From the NCBI GenBank assembly GCA_964016885.1, contig OZ024750.1, positions 9,548,001-9,612,000 on the forward strand: 64,000 bases of DNA, in the 5' to 3' direction. Below are positions 1 through 13,532 of this stretch, in pieces. A model generated the notes under the pieces. That model did no database searches and was not told the origin of the DNA. It was given only the letters and a program-made list of their open reading frames with translations. The translations under genes were made by a program, and so were the position numbers. Origin of the DNA: Eledone cirrhosa. Lineage: Eukaryota. Position 1 is the stretch's first letter; the number at the start of each line of letters is the position of its first letter.

Positions 1-590
1 TGTTATGGATTAAAAATATCCACAGATGGATGAACTAGTGGATAGCTTGTGTTACCTAGGTGAAACTAGGTGACCAAATTAAGAGGGGGTACAGGTGTAG
101 GTGTTATGGATTAAAAATATCCACAGATGGATGAACTAGTGGATAGCTTGTGTTACCTAGGTGAAACTAGGTGACCAAGTTAAGAGGGGGTACAGGTGTA
201 GGTGTTATGGATTAAAAATATCCACAGATGGATGAACTAGTGGATAGCTTGTGTTACCTAGGTGAAACTAGGTGACCAAATTAAGAGGGGGTACAGGTGT
301 AGGTGTTATGGATTAAAAATATCCACAGATGGATGAACTAGTGGATAGCTTGTGTTACCTAGGTGAAACTAGGTGACCAAGTTAAGAGGGGGTACAGGTG
401 TAGGTGTTATGAAATAAGAATATCCACAGACGAACGAACTAGTGGATAGCTTGTGTTACCTAGGTGACCAAATTAAAAGAAGATATCGATGTTATGGAAT
501 AAAAATTATAGCCAGAGAAGGACAAACTAGTAGATATATTATGTTGCCTAGGTGACCAAATTAAGAATGGATATAGGTGTAGGTGTTCTG
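1..590 (+). repeat. 101-bp tandem repeat (4 near-identical units plus 2 degenerate units) derived from RTE LINE RT sequence
   Basis: TGTTATG unit starts at 1, 102, 203, 304, 405; unit contains gaactagtggatagcttgtgttacctaggtga = ELVDSLCYLG, matching ETVDSFCYLG of the LINE at 34984-37557. Confidence 0.9.
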
Positions 591-790
591 AAATAAAACT
601 AACCAGAGTAAGGAAAGGATAGAAAAATAGTTGGAGTTATTAATACCGCTGGTAGCAAAAGGTTTCTCTCTGAGAGTAAAGGAGAGATTGTATTATGTTG
701 TATCAAAGTGTGATACAGCAGGGAGTAATATGAGAGATAGAGAGTGAAGAATTGAAAGATAGCGCCAAAGATATTAAATGGTAAGAGAGA
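580..790 (+). pseudogene. Degenerate RTE LINE RT fragment continuing from the tandem array
   Basis: Reads GCSEIKLTRVRKG*...LIPLVAKGFSLRVKERLY versus GCSESTITRVRTGW...LPLLAAKGFSLRMKGRLY in the intact LINE. Confidence 0.8.
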
Positions 791-924
791 AAGATGGCTA
801 ATGACAGAGAAAAGGAATTGTAATGGATATTGAATAGAGATAGATCCAATACCAACTCTGATTACACAGGAAGGGGGCTAGAGAGATAAAGGATGATAGT
901 AGGATAGTTGACACACAAGAATAA

Positions 925-962
<38 letters not shown>

Positions 963-1239
963 TTTACACTTCATTAACTCTTCGCCAAATTCTTTATATA
1001 TACACCAACCAACAACATATGACTTTAGCTCAGTTTGACAATTGTCACCGAAGAATGCGAGAAAGTTCTCCAGAAAGTTAATCAGAATTTTTTTTAAACT
1101 TTCCACCGAAGTTAACAAAGGACTTATTAGATCTACATAGTAAAATTGTAAAATTAAATTGTTATAGAATACTAACTACAAGGGAAGTCATTCTTTTCCT
1201 TTTTTCAAATATATATATATATATAGAGATAGATACATA

Positions 1240-1348
1240 GATTGTAAAGAGTTAGTGCTTGATGGCTGAGCTCATGCTGTTTCGATGATGAATCCATTCA
1301 CTGCTGAAGCTGTGTGAGCTCAGCTGCCAGGCACTAACTCTTTACAAT
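1240..1348. mobile_element. Fold-back element, diverged relative of the H3 half-hammerhead family
   Basis: Arms attgtaaagagttagtgc..gctgagctca / tgagctcagc..gcactaactctttacaat; next to (TA)n. Confidence 0.6.
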
Positions 1349-2111
1349 ATATACACTGTACTTTCCCCACCATCATGATGATGATGATGGTGGTTGTGAT
1401 GAAAGTGATGGTAATGGTGATGATGATATAGAGTATCTATAGTAGGCATCTTCTGTAAATGGTTTAGAGATATTAGAAGTAAATTGACTATGTCTCCCCC
1501 GACTCAGTATGAAAGGGGATACTCTAGCAATCATTGAATGAAGGATGAAGAATAATAAAAGCAGAATGTCTTCAGTAAGAGAATTGTCCAAGAACTATTG
1601 TATGTATAAAATGAAGTGAGTGCTGTTGAATTAAGTAAGCAATGGCTGAGTATCAGCTGCAGTAGTTGCTGCACGCCATGAAGACATTGTATGATAGTAT
1701 GGACAAAAACTGTGGATAGATTATACATGTTCTTGGGTTCTATAATGATAGTGAAAATGATTGTGTACAGTGCTCAGGTGCACTACAACAACAACAAAAT
1801 ATGAAATAAAGAGACTTGTTCAAGAATACAACACACTGCTCTACCCAGGAATTGAAGTCACAACCTTATTATTGTGAGTGTAACATTTTAACCACTATAC
1901 TGTTATATAGCGTAGTACTACCCAACAAGCTACCAGTACCAGTAAATCAGTTTCTGGTTTGTTGTTGTTGTATTAGAAAAGGTTCCAGTCCTTCAGTCAA
2001 CCATCTTTCCTTTTTCCATGCTCTGAAGTGTCTCCCATGACCCCTCTTATATATGCAAATGGCATTTTAATGGGACCCTTCACAGCTCTGTATTAGTTAA
2101 CTTAATAAGGA

Positions 2112-2233
2112 TGGTGGATTGGCAGTAGGATCAGTAGAGCATCAGACAACATGCTTTGCAGCATAGAGTTATGGCCCTTTATGTTCTGAGTTCAAATCCT
2201 GCTGAGATTAGCTTTGCCTTTCATCCTTACAGG
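2112..2233 (+). mobile_element. SINE family A, partial
   Basis: GGTGGATTGGCAG head, GAGTTCAAATCC B box, tttgcctttcatcc core. Confidence 0.85.
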
Positions 2234-2712
2234 GTGTGTGTGTGAAAGTGAGAGAGAAAGAGAGCTTGTATATATGTGTGTGAGTGTGCGTGTGTGTATT
2301 TGTGTGTGAGTTAGTGTATGAGAGACAGAGCATGTGTGTGTATGTGTGTGAGCTCATTTGTGTATGAGTATGCGAGTATATGAGTTTGTGTATGTATGAG
2401 TATGTATGTGAGTTTGTGTATGTATATATATATATATATGTCTGTGTGTATGTGTGAGTATGTGAGCATGTGTGTGAGTGTGTGTATATGAGAGACCATG
2501 TATGTATGTGTATGAGAGTGTATGAGTATGTGAGAATGTATGTATATGTGTGAGTAAGTATGTGAGTTTGTGTATGTATATGTACATGTACGTGTATGTA
2601 TAGGCATGTGAGCTCATCTGTGTATGAGTACATGAGAATGTATGTATATGTGTGAGTAAATATGTGAGTTTATGTAAGTATATGTATATGTTTATGTACG
2701 TGTATATGCATG
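2234..2712. repeat. Degenerate (TG/TATG)n microsatellite
   Basis: Low-complexity GT/TA repeats. Confidence 0.9.
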
Positions 2713-3208
2713 TAATTAGAAGTGACAGCAAATAGATTGTTAATATAGAGAAAGAAAAGTGTTGGAGTGTTCAATAAGTACTTGAAATAGATATTAGTAG
2801 ATTGAATGTAGAGTCAGCCATCATTGTCAACAAACATACTGGAAAGGAATATAAAGGTGGTTTACATTCGTTGAAGCCACCAGCTATGCTACAATATCTC
2901 TACCAATCTATACACTAATTAATGCTATAATTTTCATGTCATTGAAGTCTCATCTTGGTTTCTTTTATATTTCTATATATTTCTGTTTATGACTAGAATA
3001 TATCGAGGTTATGTTGAGCAATGACCGATGGCATTAGTTGGAATGAATTCCATACAGGGTGGACTATGTAAAGGTTGTCATATCGCACCCCAAATTTGCT
3101 AACCAAGACCTCGTCCAGGACCCCCACATCTAAACCAGCCGACTTTGTACCCGTGGGAATCGGGTCTTCTATATATATATATATATATATATATCACTAT
3201 ACATATAT

Positions 3209-3414
3209 AACAAAGAACAAAGAAGGTGTAGTAAGATACCAGATGGACTATAACGCACCAGAGTACTCGATACTTAGGGTAGTAGAGTGGGTAATAGGAA
3301 AAGAGTCAGGACCCCGACGGCTGAGCTCTGGCTGTTTCGACAGCTAGATCCGAACTGTTCGAATCTAGCTGTCGAAAACGGCCGGAGCTCAGCCGTTGGG
3401 GTACCGATTCTTTT

Positions 3415-3418
<4 letters not shown>
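3209..3418 (-). mobile_element. H3 fold-back element in (TA)n carrying 3' halves of a hammerhead
   Basis: Hairpin 3295-3418 centred on cagctagatccgaac; TCGAGTACT motif at 3262-3270 (minus); homologous to 13533-13730. Confidence 0.8.
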
Positions 3419-3458
<40 letters not shown>

Positions 3459-3461
<3 letters not shown>

Positions 3462-3941
3462 TTTGAGTATATGTTGGTTGTTTACCAACATCTCAGTATG
3501 CAGATTGGAGCACTCGACGAAGTACGCAGGTTGGTTTGGTTACTCCAGAGTAATGTAAAATAAAATAATTAAGTCAAATATTTAAAATTTGGCTTCGTTT
3601 ATTAAAGGTGTACTGCTATATATATTTCAGTGACAGCCATCTTTGGCTGTGACCTCTTCGGGCAGTCCGAATTGGTGTGGTAGAGACAGGTACACATGTT
3701 GTTGAAGTGTTTAACTCCGTAAATACTCCTCAGAGAAATAACAACCCAACCAGGAACTGGGCATATCAGAGTATTGACGGAGTTAAACACCTCAACAACA
3801 TGTGTACCTGTCTCTACCACACCAATTTGGACTGCCTGACGAGGTCACAGCCAAAGATGGCTGTCACTGAAATATATATAGCAGTACACCTTTAATAAAT
3901 GAAGCCAAATTTTAAATATTTGACTTAATTATTTTATTTTA
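3459..3941. mobile_element. H1 hammerhead fold-back element (Penelope-like pLTR remnant) flanked by (TA)n
   Basis: 173-bp inverted arms 3556-3728/3769-3941 plus ~100-bp terminal extension; homologous to 62465-62975. Confidence 0.85.
3831..3885 (+). ncRNA. Minimal type-I hammerhead ribozyme (H1)
   Basis: actgc CTGACGA ggtcacagcc-aaagat-ggctgtcact GAAA tatata TA gcagt. The mirror copy at 3612-3666 (minus) has a mutated core, CCGAAGA. Confidence 0.85.
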
Positions 3942-4190
3942 TATATATATATAAGCTTTAATAATTCTTTCACTGGTGATGATGACAATGATGATGATGA
4001 TGATAACAACGACTTTGTTGTTGTTGTTGTTACTATTGTTTCTTCAATTAATGTCTTTGCCATTGCTGTCATTGTTCTTACTACTGACTGTTGCTATGGT
4101 TATTATACAATAGAAAAAGAGGACTGTGACAAACTACTAACCTTGACAGATACATACACATACATACATGTACATATAAATATATATATA

Positions 4191-4265
<75 letters not shown>

Positions 4266-4413
4266 ATTAATATTTATATATATATATATTCATATTTATA
4301 TATATATATATTCATATATACAATATAATAAAATATAATAAAATAAAATATATATATTTATTTATATATATATATATATATATTCATATATATATATATT
4401 TATATATATATTC

Positions 4414-4444
<31 letters not shown>

Positions 4445-4468
4445 CATATATATATGTATATATATGCA

Positions 4469-4522
<54 letters not shown>

Positions 4523-5600
4523 TATATATATATATAGAGATAGATATATATATATTCATATATATATATATATGTACACACTGGAATATTGTTGCAACAA
4601 AAACCAAGAACAGAACAATTTAACAGAATAATTTTCAACAAATATTTGAATCCATGAAAGTAATAAAAGCTATTTAACAATGCAAATATTGGAGGAAGAA
4701 ATAAAATCTATACAAAATTTCTGTTTTAAACATGTTCTAATCTTGAGTTTAAAAAAAAACATATTTGAAATCAGAACTAAACTGTCAATAGCCCCAAATT
4801 CATTGAAAATGTTTGATTTTTGGTGGGTATTTTAGAAGGTTTTTGAAGGGGATTTTTTGGGGGGGGGGGGGGGGGGGGGGGGAGTTATTGTCGGTAAAAG
4901 ATGCAATTTAACGTTAGGAGAGAGATTTGTTGAAACATTGAATAAATTTATTCCCCACTCCCACCCCTGCCTCCAACTTTACATTGTTAATTGGCTTATT
5001 TATATTAACTTTGTATTTGGAAACAAATACTGGCAATAAATCATGAACTGATAATATTGTCGGCAATGTAGATTTTGATTTGGAATTGATCAATGGTGAC
5101 CATTGGTAATCATTGATGGTCATTGCTTCTGTTGTTGTTGTTTTTCTTCTTCTTCTTCTTCTTGATGATGAAATTGTAAAATAAGAACTTGTTTGTCATG
5201 ATGGTGATGATAGTGTTGTTGGTGGTGTGATGGTGGTTGTGGTCAGTTGTGTTATTGTGCTGATATTGTAGTGATGATGGTTGAGGTGGTGTGTGTGGGG
5301 GGGGTGGGGGGGGGGGGGGGCTAGTGATGTTGTTGTTGTTGTTGGTAGTGGTTCTGTGATGGCATGGTGGTGGTGTTGTGGTGGTGATGATGGTGATAGT
5401 GGTGGTGGTTGAGGTGGTTGAGGTGATGATGATGGTGGTGATGATGGTGGTGGTATGATGGTGGTGGTATGATGGTAATAGTAGTGGTGATGGTGATGAT
5501 GATGGTATGATGGTATGATGGTGTGGTGATGGTGATGGTGTTACAACTTTTCTCCAATAAGAAATAATTATGTTCTTTCAGTTTTATTATTATTGATTTC

Positions 5601-5793
5601 TAGGTGGATTGGCAGTATCGGTAGAGGGTCGGACGCCATGCTTTGACGCATAGAGTTACGGCCCTTGCCATTCTGAGTTCAAATCCCGCCGAGGTTAACT
5701 TTGCCTTTCATCCTTACGGGGTCGATAAAATAAAGTACCAGTAATACACTGGCTAATTGCTGGCCTTGTGCCAAAAGTAGAAACAATTATTAT
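5601..5793 (+). mobile_element. SINE family A, full length (tRNA-derived head)
   Basis: TGGCAGTATCGG A box, GAGTTCAAATCC B box, core ctttgcctttcatccttacggggtcgataaaataaagtaccag, (ATT)n tail; more than 15 copies in window. Confidence 0.9.
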
Positions 5794-5964
5794 TGATTTC
5801 TATGATAGGGTACAAGACATGTTTTGTTTTTTATTTTGTTTTTATTTTGTTTTTGTGGTTTGTTTGTCTTTTATTCTTTTTCTGATTGATTCTTTGAAAA
5901 CCATTTTTCTAATTTGTTCTTGTAATGTCTCCTCATTCATCACCTTTATGGCAAGAAAAAGATA

Positions 5965-6274
5965 TTATTATTACCATTGTTCTTGTTATTATCATTATTA
6001 TTGTTGTTGTTGTTGTTGTTGCTGTTATTATTTTTGTTGTTGATACTGTTGTGGTTACTGTTGCTGTTGTTGTTACTGCTGCTGTTGTTGTTACTGCTGC
6101 TGTTGCTGTTGTTGTTGTTGTTGTTGTTGTTGTTGATGATGATGCTGTTATTATTGTTGTTGTTGATACTCTTGTTGTTGATGCTGTTGTTACTGTTGTT
6201 GTTGATACTGTTGTTGTTGTTGTTGATGCTGTTGTTGTTGTTGCTGTTGTTGATACTGTTGTTGTTGTTTATGC

Positions 6275-6317
<43 letters not shown>

Positions 6318-6536
6318 ACTGTTGTTGTTGTTGTTGATACTGTTGTTGTTGATACTGTTGTTGTTGTTGTTGTTGATACTGTTGTTGCTGATACTGTTGT
6401 TGTTGATACTGTTGTTGTTATTGATACTGTTGTTGTTGTTGTTGATACTGTTGTTATTGTTGTTGTTGATACTGTTGTTGATACTGTTGTTGTTGATACT
6501 GTTGTTGTTGATACTGTTGTTGTTGATACTGTTGTT
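5965..6536. repeat. Compound (GTT)n microsatellite
   Basis: GTT runs with GAT/ACT/GCT interruptions. Confidence 0.95.
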
Positions 6537-6882
6537 AGTGATGAAACAAGGGTTAGTTTTAATAGGGCAGAAATATTTCAAATGTCACCATAAAAGACAG
6601 TATGAGCAATGAAGGAGAATGTCAAAGGAAGAACAAAATATATTAAGAAGGAAAGAAAGGAAAAAAGGAAGGAAGGAAGAGATAAAGAAAGAAAGTGATA
6701 AGAAAGAAAGGAGAAACAAAAGATAAAAGTGAATGAGAATGAATGGAATAAAAATAAACGTTAATAAAGAAAGAAAGTAAAATAAAGAGAAAAAGAGAAA
6801 GAAATACTAAAGAGATATAGTAAGGGGGGGGGGAGAAAGGAGAGAACAGAGTAATTAGAATATCTAAAACTCTGTGTTGATG

Positions 6883-6914
<32 letters not shown>

Positions 6915-7257
6915 GTATTGTTGTTGGTGATGATGGTAGTGGTGGTGGTGGTGGTGTATTGTTGTTGATGATGATGGCGGTGGTGGTGGTGGTGGTGTAT
7001 TGTTGTTGGTGATGATAGTATTGTTGGTGGTGGTGGTGTATCGTTGTTGGTGATGATGGTGGTGGTGGTGGTGGTGGTGGTGTATTGTTGTTGGTGATCA
7101 TGATGTTGTTGGTGTTGTTGGTGTTAATGATGGTGGTGGTGGTGGTGGTGGTGGTAGTGTATTGTTGTTGGTAGTGATGATGGTGGTGGTGGTGTATTGT
7201 TATTGGTGGTGGTATTGAATAGAAATAAATAAACTCCTCTTTCTCTCTCTCTTTCTT

Positions 7258-7293
<36 letters not shown>

Positions 7294-7621
7294 CAAAAGA
7301 AAAAGAAAGAAAAATGCTGCAAATAAAGTTTACCATTTTGAAGTCCTCTTTTAACATTTCCAATTGAAAATAATATCAAATAAAACATTAAAAGAAGAAA
7401 AACGAAACCAACATGAAGTAATTTGTGCCAGTCACATCCATCACAAAGTGTTCACATTTAAATGAGAGAAAAACTATGGGTTGGTGTTTTCTAATACAAT
7501 GGTTTTTAAAGTTTTCTAAAAAAAAATGTTACAACTTCCATAAATGTCATTTAATCCTCTGCCAATATAAACTTCATCTTCTTCTTAATCTCTTGCACTC
7601 TTGTGGTCAAAATAACAAATT

Positions 7622-8090
7622 ATTGGCAGCATTGGGAGAGGGTCGGACGCCATGCTTTGACGTATAGAGTTACGGCCCTTGCCATTCTGAGTTCAAATCC
7701 CACCGAGGTTAACTTTGCCTTTCATCCTTACTGGGTTGATAAAATAAAGTACCAGTAATGCACTGGGGTAATTGCTGGCCTTGTGTCAAAAGTAGAAAGT
7801 ATTCATCATCATCATCATCATTTTATGTCCGCATTTCCTTGCTTGCAAAGGTATTTTTATTATTATTATTAGTGGTGGATTGGCAAATCAGTAGAGCATC
7901 AAAGAACATGCTTTGCAGCATAGAGTTATGGCCCTTTATGATCTGAGTTCAAATCCTGCTGAGGTTAGCTTTGCCTTTCATCCTTATGGGGTGGATAAAA
8001 TAAAGCACCAGTAATGAACTGGGGTCGATTTAATCGACTTTCCCCTCCCCCAAAATTGATGGCCTTGTGCCTAAATCAGAAACCATTATT
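7622..8090 (+). mobile_element. Two SINE A copies (short variant 7622-7800, long variant 7871-8090)
   Basis: Match to 5601-5793; long variant adds ggggtcgatttaatcgactttcccctccccc. Confidence 0.9.
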
Positions 8091-8896
8091 ATTAGCATAA
8101 CCAGGATTTCCAAAATGCTCCAAGATGCATTCACTCCCCCCCCCCCTCTCCCCCTGAGTGCCTACAACAAAGCTTATGCCTTTCTCAGTTGGCCTAGATT
8201 GAATAAAATCATGTTCTTCTTTTGGAAAAGCATGGTACAGTTTTCTAGATCCATATACTCAGTACGTGATCTTGGATGTGTGCAGTAATGAAGGTGATTG
8301 GAGTGTCTTCAGACTAGAGGTCATTTATTCCCCAATAATTGCTAGACATCTAGAATATTGATCTCCGAAGTTTAAACCACCAAGTTTAGTTAGTCATAGT
8401 ATTTATTCTCATATATGAAATAATTTTAAAGAGAAAGGGAGAAAAATAAGAAATTAACTAAATTTGGCAAGAGCAATTAAATGGAATTTCATGACATGAT
8501 TATATCTGAAATCAGAAAAAGTTAATATGTATAAGTGTATTTAAACAGAATTTGGGTTCTGGGAAATATGTCGTTCCATAACCATTATGAGAAAATAGAT
8601 TTTAGTATATTGGTATTGATACTAATAAAGTATTTAGTTTAAGGTTATAGATAAGACATGGTAAACATTCATCTATATTTGTGCTAGACTGCAACCATAA
8701 AAGACATTTCTAAATTTTTAAAATACTGTCCAAATGTATGTAATGTAACTGCTAATACATTTAAAATTGTTAATAATGTTGTTTTTCAAATCCAAGTTAC
8801 TTTACCATGAATTATTAGAGAGTTCTTTAAATATTGATTCGTTAAGAGAATTGTTAGAACAAATTTCTTTTATAGAAAAATAGACATTAAATGAGA

Positions 8897-9232
8897 ATAA
8901 TGATAATGATGATGAGGGCGATGATGATGATGATGAGGGCGATGATAGTGATGATGATGGCGATGATGATGATGATGAGGGCGATGATAGGATGGTGATG
9001 ATGATGATGATGATGGTGATGATAGTGATGATGTCGATGGTGATGATGAGGGCGATGATGATGATGGAGGTGATGATAGTGATGATAGCAATGATGATGA
9101 TGGAGGCGATGATAGTGATGATGGTGATGATGATGATGGAGATGATAGCAATGATGGTGGTGATGATGGAGATGATAGCAATGATGGTGGTGATGATGGT
9201 GATGATAGCAATGATGGTGATGATAATGATGG
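8897..9232. repeat. Compound (GAT)n microsatellite
   Basis: GAT/GGT/GGC triplets. Confidence 0.95.
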
Positions 9233-9369
9233 CATATGCTTTTCTCATGTCAACTATTTCAAATGGTTATGATATTTATTTACATTACCAAATATTCCCC
9301 TCCCCTCCCTTTTTCCTTCCTTCCTTCACTAGAGAGTTACCATTACACTCAAACTCTAAATTGGCAATT

Positions 9370-9930
9370 CCCAATTTTAATTATTCTGTTTTAATTGCTC
9401 GGTAACTAATTTTAATTACTTAGTCTTAATTATTCACTTGCTAATTTTAACCACCAAGTCTTAATCACACCTTCATTAATTTTAACTAATCTTGATAACT
9501 CAATTATTCATTTTAACTATTCAGTACTAATTACAAATCTATTCATTTTTACTACTCAGTCTTAATAATCCTATCATTAATTCTAACTAGTCAGTCTTAA
9601 TCATTCATTTGTTAATTATAACTACTCAATTTTAATTACTCATAAATTAATTTTAACTGCTCAGTTTTCATTACTCATGCCTTTATTTTAGCTATTCAGT
9701 TTTAATTACTCAATCAGAACTTGAAAGAACTATCTTAATTTAAAACTTTTTGTTCCTAATTACCCAATCTCTAGTTTTAATTGAAACAGTTGCTTCTGAG
9801 AGGACCTGCTAGATGGAGAGCTTAAGGACTCTGCCCCCACGACCCTCTCAGGAATAAGTGGGAGAAAAAGAAGGCTAGTTTTAACTACTCAGTCTTAATT
9901 ATTCCCTAGTTTTAATTACACAGTCTTAAA
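9370..9930. repeat. Degenerate AT-rich minisatellite (ttttaactactcagtcttaattac-like, ~40 bp)
   Basis: Recurrent ttttaact..cagtcttaat motif. Confidence 0.65.
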
Positions 9931-10109
9931 ACAATTACTGTGTCAATGGTTTAGTAAGTTGTGCAGTGTTGTTGGTGAAATTGAAAATGTTAGTTAGTTG
10001 GAGGATGAAATTCAAAAGGAAAAATAATTTGAAAATGAAATCCTAGCTGCTGTTCTGATGAAAATGTGTTCAAACATACATATCTAATGCTTGTATCTAA
10101 TGTACAAAC

Positions 10110-10290
10110 CCAACTGAGTAGACCCTGAGGAAGATGGTTAGATAACATCCATAAGCTTGGCTGGTCTCACTTGGGGATCCAGTCAGATCAGTTGGAAATG
10201 GTTGCTTCTGACTGGACCCACTGAAAGCAGTGTTTGAGGCATCTTCCCCCCACAGCCCTCTCAGGAATAAATGGGTGAAGAAGAAGAAGA
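10110..10290 (+). mobile_element. RTE LINE 3' end with (AAG)n tail
   Basis: SRP*GRWLDNIHKLGWSHLGIQSDQLEMVASD resembles an RTE C-terminus; related copies at 9781-9870 (+) and 51203-51385 (minus). Confidence 0.75.
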
Positions 10291-11799
10291 ATTAAGCATT
10301 TGAGTAAACCCTTCAAAATTCTGCCTTAATTAATTGAGAGAGAGTATGTTTCATTATAAATACAGTCACAAAAGGTTAAATGGCAGTTTTCTTAAGATTA
10401 TTTAATTGGCCAGGAAACCTCAACATTACAATAAACAATAACTTATTGTTGATATGTCGTTGGTTAATATGTATTCTTATCAACTCTACATCAAGAAATT
10501 GCTGAGAACCTGCAGCATTTGAGAACATTGTTAACCAAGACTATTCCCACACTTATTGTATCATCATCATCATTCCTGTTTTATGTCCATTTTTCCATGC
10601 TAGTATGGGTTAGAAATGTTGTCTTGTTGTGAGAAATGCCAGGTTGGGTGACCATGGCTTGTTCATACAGAACTGATTTTAGCTAGGTGTTTTTTGTTGT
10701 GACACCTGTATGATCAGTTTACAGTGTGGGCAGGGGACTTTGGTGGGAGAAGTGTGTAGAGATTGGGGAGGTGGGTATTTGGACATGTTTGAAGGGGTGG
10801 AGTGTTAAGACATAGATTAAAAACTAAGAATACTGATGGCATATACTCTATGACCACATTTTGGTTGTTATTACCCCCAAGATATTACTGATTAAACAAA
10901 CATATGTTCAAAGACATTCCATACATGACCATCTCATATTTTTATGAGTATGTAGCACTGCTTTATCTTATGCACCTTTCCTTATTTGCAATAGTAGAAT
11001 GTGAACTGAAGGAAGTTCTAGAAGCTTCCTATTTCCCCTGCCCCTTATGACCTGTCTCACGTCTAGATGAATTATGTTCATTAAATATTGTTGAAGTTAA
11101 TTTCGTCATTCTCTTTGTATTTTCATCAACCAGTCCATTTTGTTTCTGTTATTTATTTCATTCTTTAAAGTATTTATTTTTTCTTTTAGTTTTAGTTTTT
11201 TCCAGAAGTCCTTTCTATGTTCTTTTGTTAGTAAGTTACTAGTTTCAATTTCTACCAATTAGTCTCCTCTAAGAATAATTTACAGTAATTATTTTCTATT
11301 TTTTTCAAGACTTCCTAACACTTGCTGGTTTTCAATATAATTCCTTGCTAGAGCTAGAGATTGGCAGTGTCAGTAGAGCGTTGGACAATATGCTTTACAG
11401 GCTAGAGTTATGTCCCTTTAAGTTCTTAGTTCAAATCCCACTAAGGTTAGCTTTGCAATAGGCAGTCCTTGCCATTATGGAACTTATATTAGTTGGAGTT
11501 CAGTAGATCATTGCTTTCAAGAAAGTCAGTTATTTGGGATCTCACCACCTTCTCAAATACTTTAATGATATGAGAGGTGAGAGAGACCAGGGACTTGTTT
11601 CCTATTTGAAAACTGGGACAACTGACTGGAACATAAAGTTTTCAGGGATATAACCAGCGCCAGGTGAATTCCTCCAGAGATTAGTTAGAAGAGATGCCTG
11701 TTGGTATCGACACACCTTCATGACACTAGCAAGGAACCTATTGGGGCCTACTGCTGAGTTGTACTTAATTTGGGTCTCAACTCTTTATATATATATAGT

Positions 11800-11968
11800 C
11801 CACACTATAAATGTGGTTGGTGTTAGGAAGGACATCCAGCCGTAGAAAACCTGCCAGATAGTCCTATGTGAGCAAGACACAGTCACCCAACCAATCTTGC
11901 CTCAAATAGGACAATTCCCGTCTAACCCATGCTAGCGTGGAAGATAGATGTTAAACGATGATGATGAT
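11800..11968 (+). mobile_element. RTE 3' UTR / SINE B tail fragment
   Basis: gttggtgttaggaagg.catccagc...aacccatgctagc..(GAT)n. Similar fragments at 10557-10735(-), 13758-13912(-), 16477-16760(-), 19365-19590(-), 31725-31970, 32195-32442, 41300-41435(-), 42798-42955(-), 49997-50224. Confidence 0.85.
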
Positions 11969-13336
11969 ATATATATATATATACATATATATGTATATGG
12001 CAGTATTGTATGTATAATCATGCATAAAAACAGTCAAACATTACCAGAATAAACACTCACATATATTTGGTTAATGATTTTTTTCTTCTTTTATCTGCAG
12101 TCTGCCATTAATATTGAGAATGTATTGTAAAAGTAATTACTACACTGAAATAGTGTTGAGTTCTGTATGATATTGCTATTTACTATAAGAATTTCTATAT
12201 AATGAGTAAATATTTATATTTCTAAGCTAACAGTATGGCATTCCTTGGAGTCCTGCAGCTCCAGAGAAATGGCTTGATGTCCATAGAAATATGTTGTGTA
12301 AATATAAACAAAGATGGTAGACTTGGTACTCATAATTTGAACAAATACACACACCTGCACATACACACACACACCTGTTCGCACATACACACACCTGCAT
12401 ATACACCTGCACACATACACACACACACCTGTTCACACATACATATCCACACACACATACACCTGCACACACACACACATATATAACCCATGCAAACATG
12501 GACAAATAAACTATAAACAGTGATGATAATAATGATATACTTATGTGTGTATGTATGTATATATAAATATGTATGTTTTAATGTGTGTGTATATATATAT
12601 ATATATATGTATGTATATATGTATGAATGAATGTATGTGTGTATGTGTGTGTATATATATATATGTATGTGTGTGTTTATGTGCATATGTGTGTGTATGT
12701 GTGGACACGTGTGTATTATTGAATATAAATGTGCTGTTTACTCCAAATATTCTTCCTATATATTATTACAGTACTTCAAGTTTAACAAATGAGTATTTAG
12801 TTTCTGTTTGCTGAGTTGTGTTTGTTAATTTCCATCAAAAGCTGTGAAATTTTATTGTTTCTCTTTAAATTTCTTTGTTCTAAAATTATTGTTTGGTCTT
12901 TTCCCTTGTTATGAAACCTCAAACTGTACAATTTTAACTTAGTCTTTATATATTTAATGCTGGGGACATCAAAGAAGCTAGCTGTAAATATTTGTGTACT
13001 GAAAAAAAAATCAGAACGGCATTTGTTAATAGTTTGAAAAGTATGGGAGACAACTGCAGGTGTTCTTTCATCTTATTAAGTCCTCACCAGCAAAGTATAG
13101 ATTTTGCCACATTTGCTGAAGTAGTTATAGAATTATCACTAAGTAAATGTAGAAGAATATATACTGGTTGGCATAGGGAAATAGATTTGTGTCTGAAACT
13201 TTGAGACTCTCTTCCTGCTATTTCAAGCGTTAAACTAATATATTTCTTCCATGACATGAACACTGCCGTTTGTTTTGTTATTTTTGTTATTACTTCTACA
13301 TATATATATATATATATATATATAAAATAAAGTTAA

Positions 13337-13390
<54 letters not shown>

Positions 13391-13396
<6 letters not shown>

Positions 13397-13482
13397 AAGT
13401 TAAATAAAACTTGCGCACTTCTTCGAGTGCTCCAGCCTGCATACTGAGGTGTTGGTATACAACCAACATAAACTCAAAATCT
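13391..13482 (+). mobile_element. H1 terminal fragment
   Basis: Reverse complement of 62465-62530; TCGAGTGCT at 13423-13431. Confidence 0.8.
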
Positions 13483-13532
13483 CTCTCTCTCTATATATAT
13501 ATATATATACACACATATATATATATTTATAT

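Noticed and set aside
3602-3895. Two opposite-strand 72-aa ORFs with near-identical termini
   Set aside because: A consequence of the inverted repeat; no protein motif recognised
5925-6612. Poly-V/L/N ORFs
   Set aside because: Translations of the (GTT)n microsatellite
10120-10170. Apparent hammerhead (agacc CTGAGGA ... ggtct)
   Set aside because: No GAAA, and the sequence is RTE C-terminal coding (RP*GRWLDNI), homologous to 51240-51385
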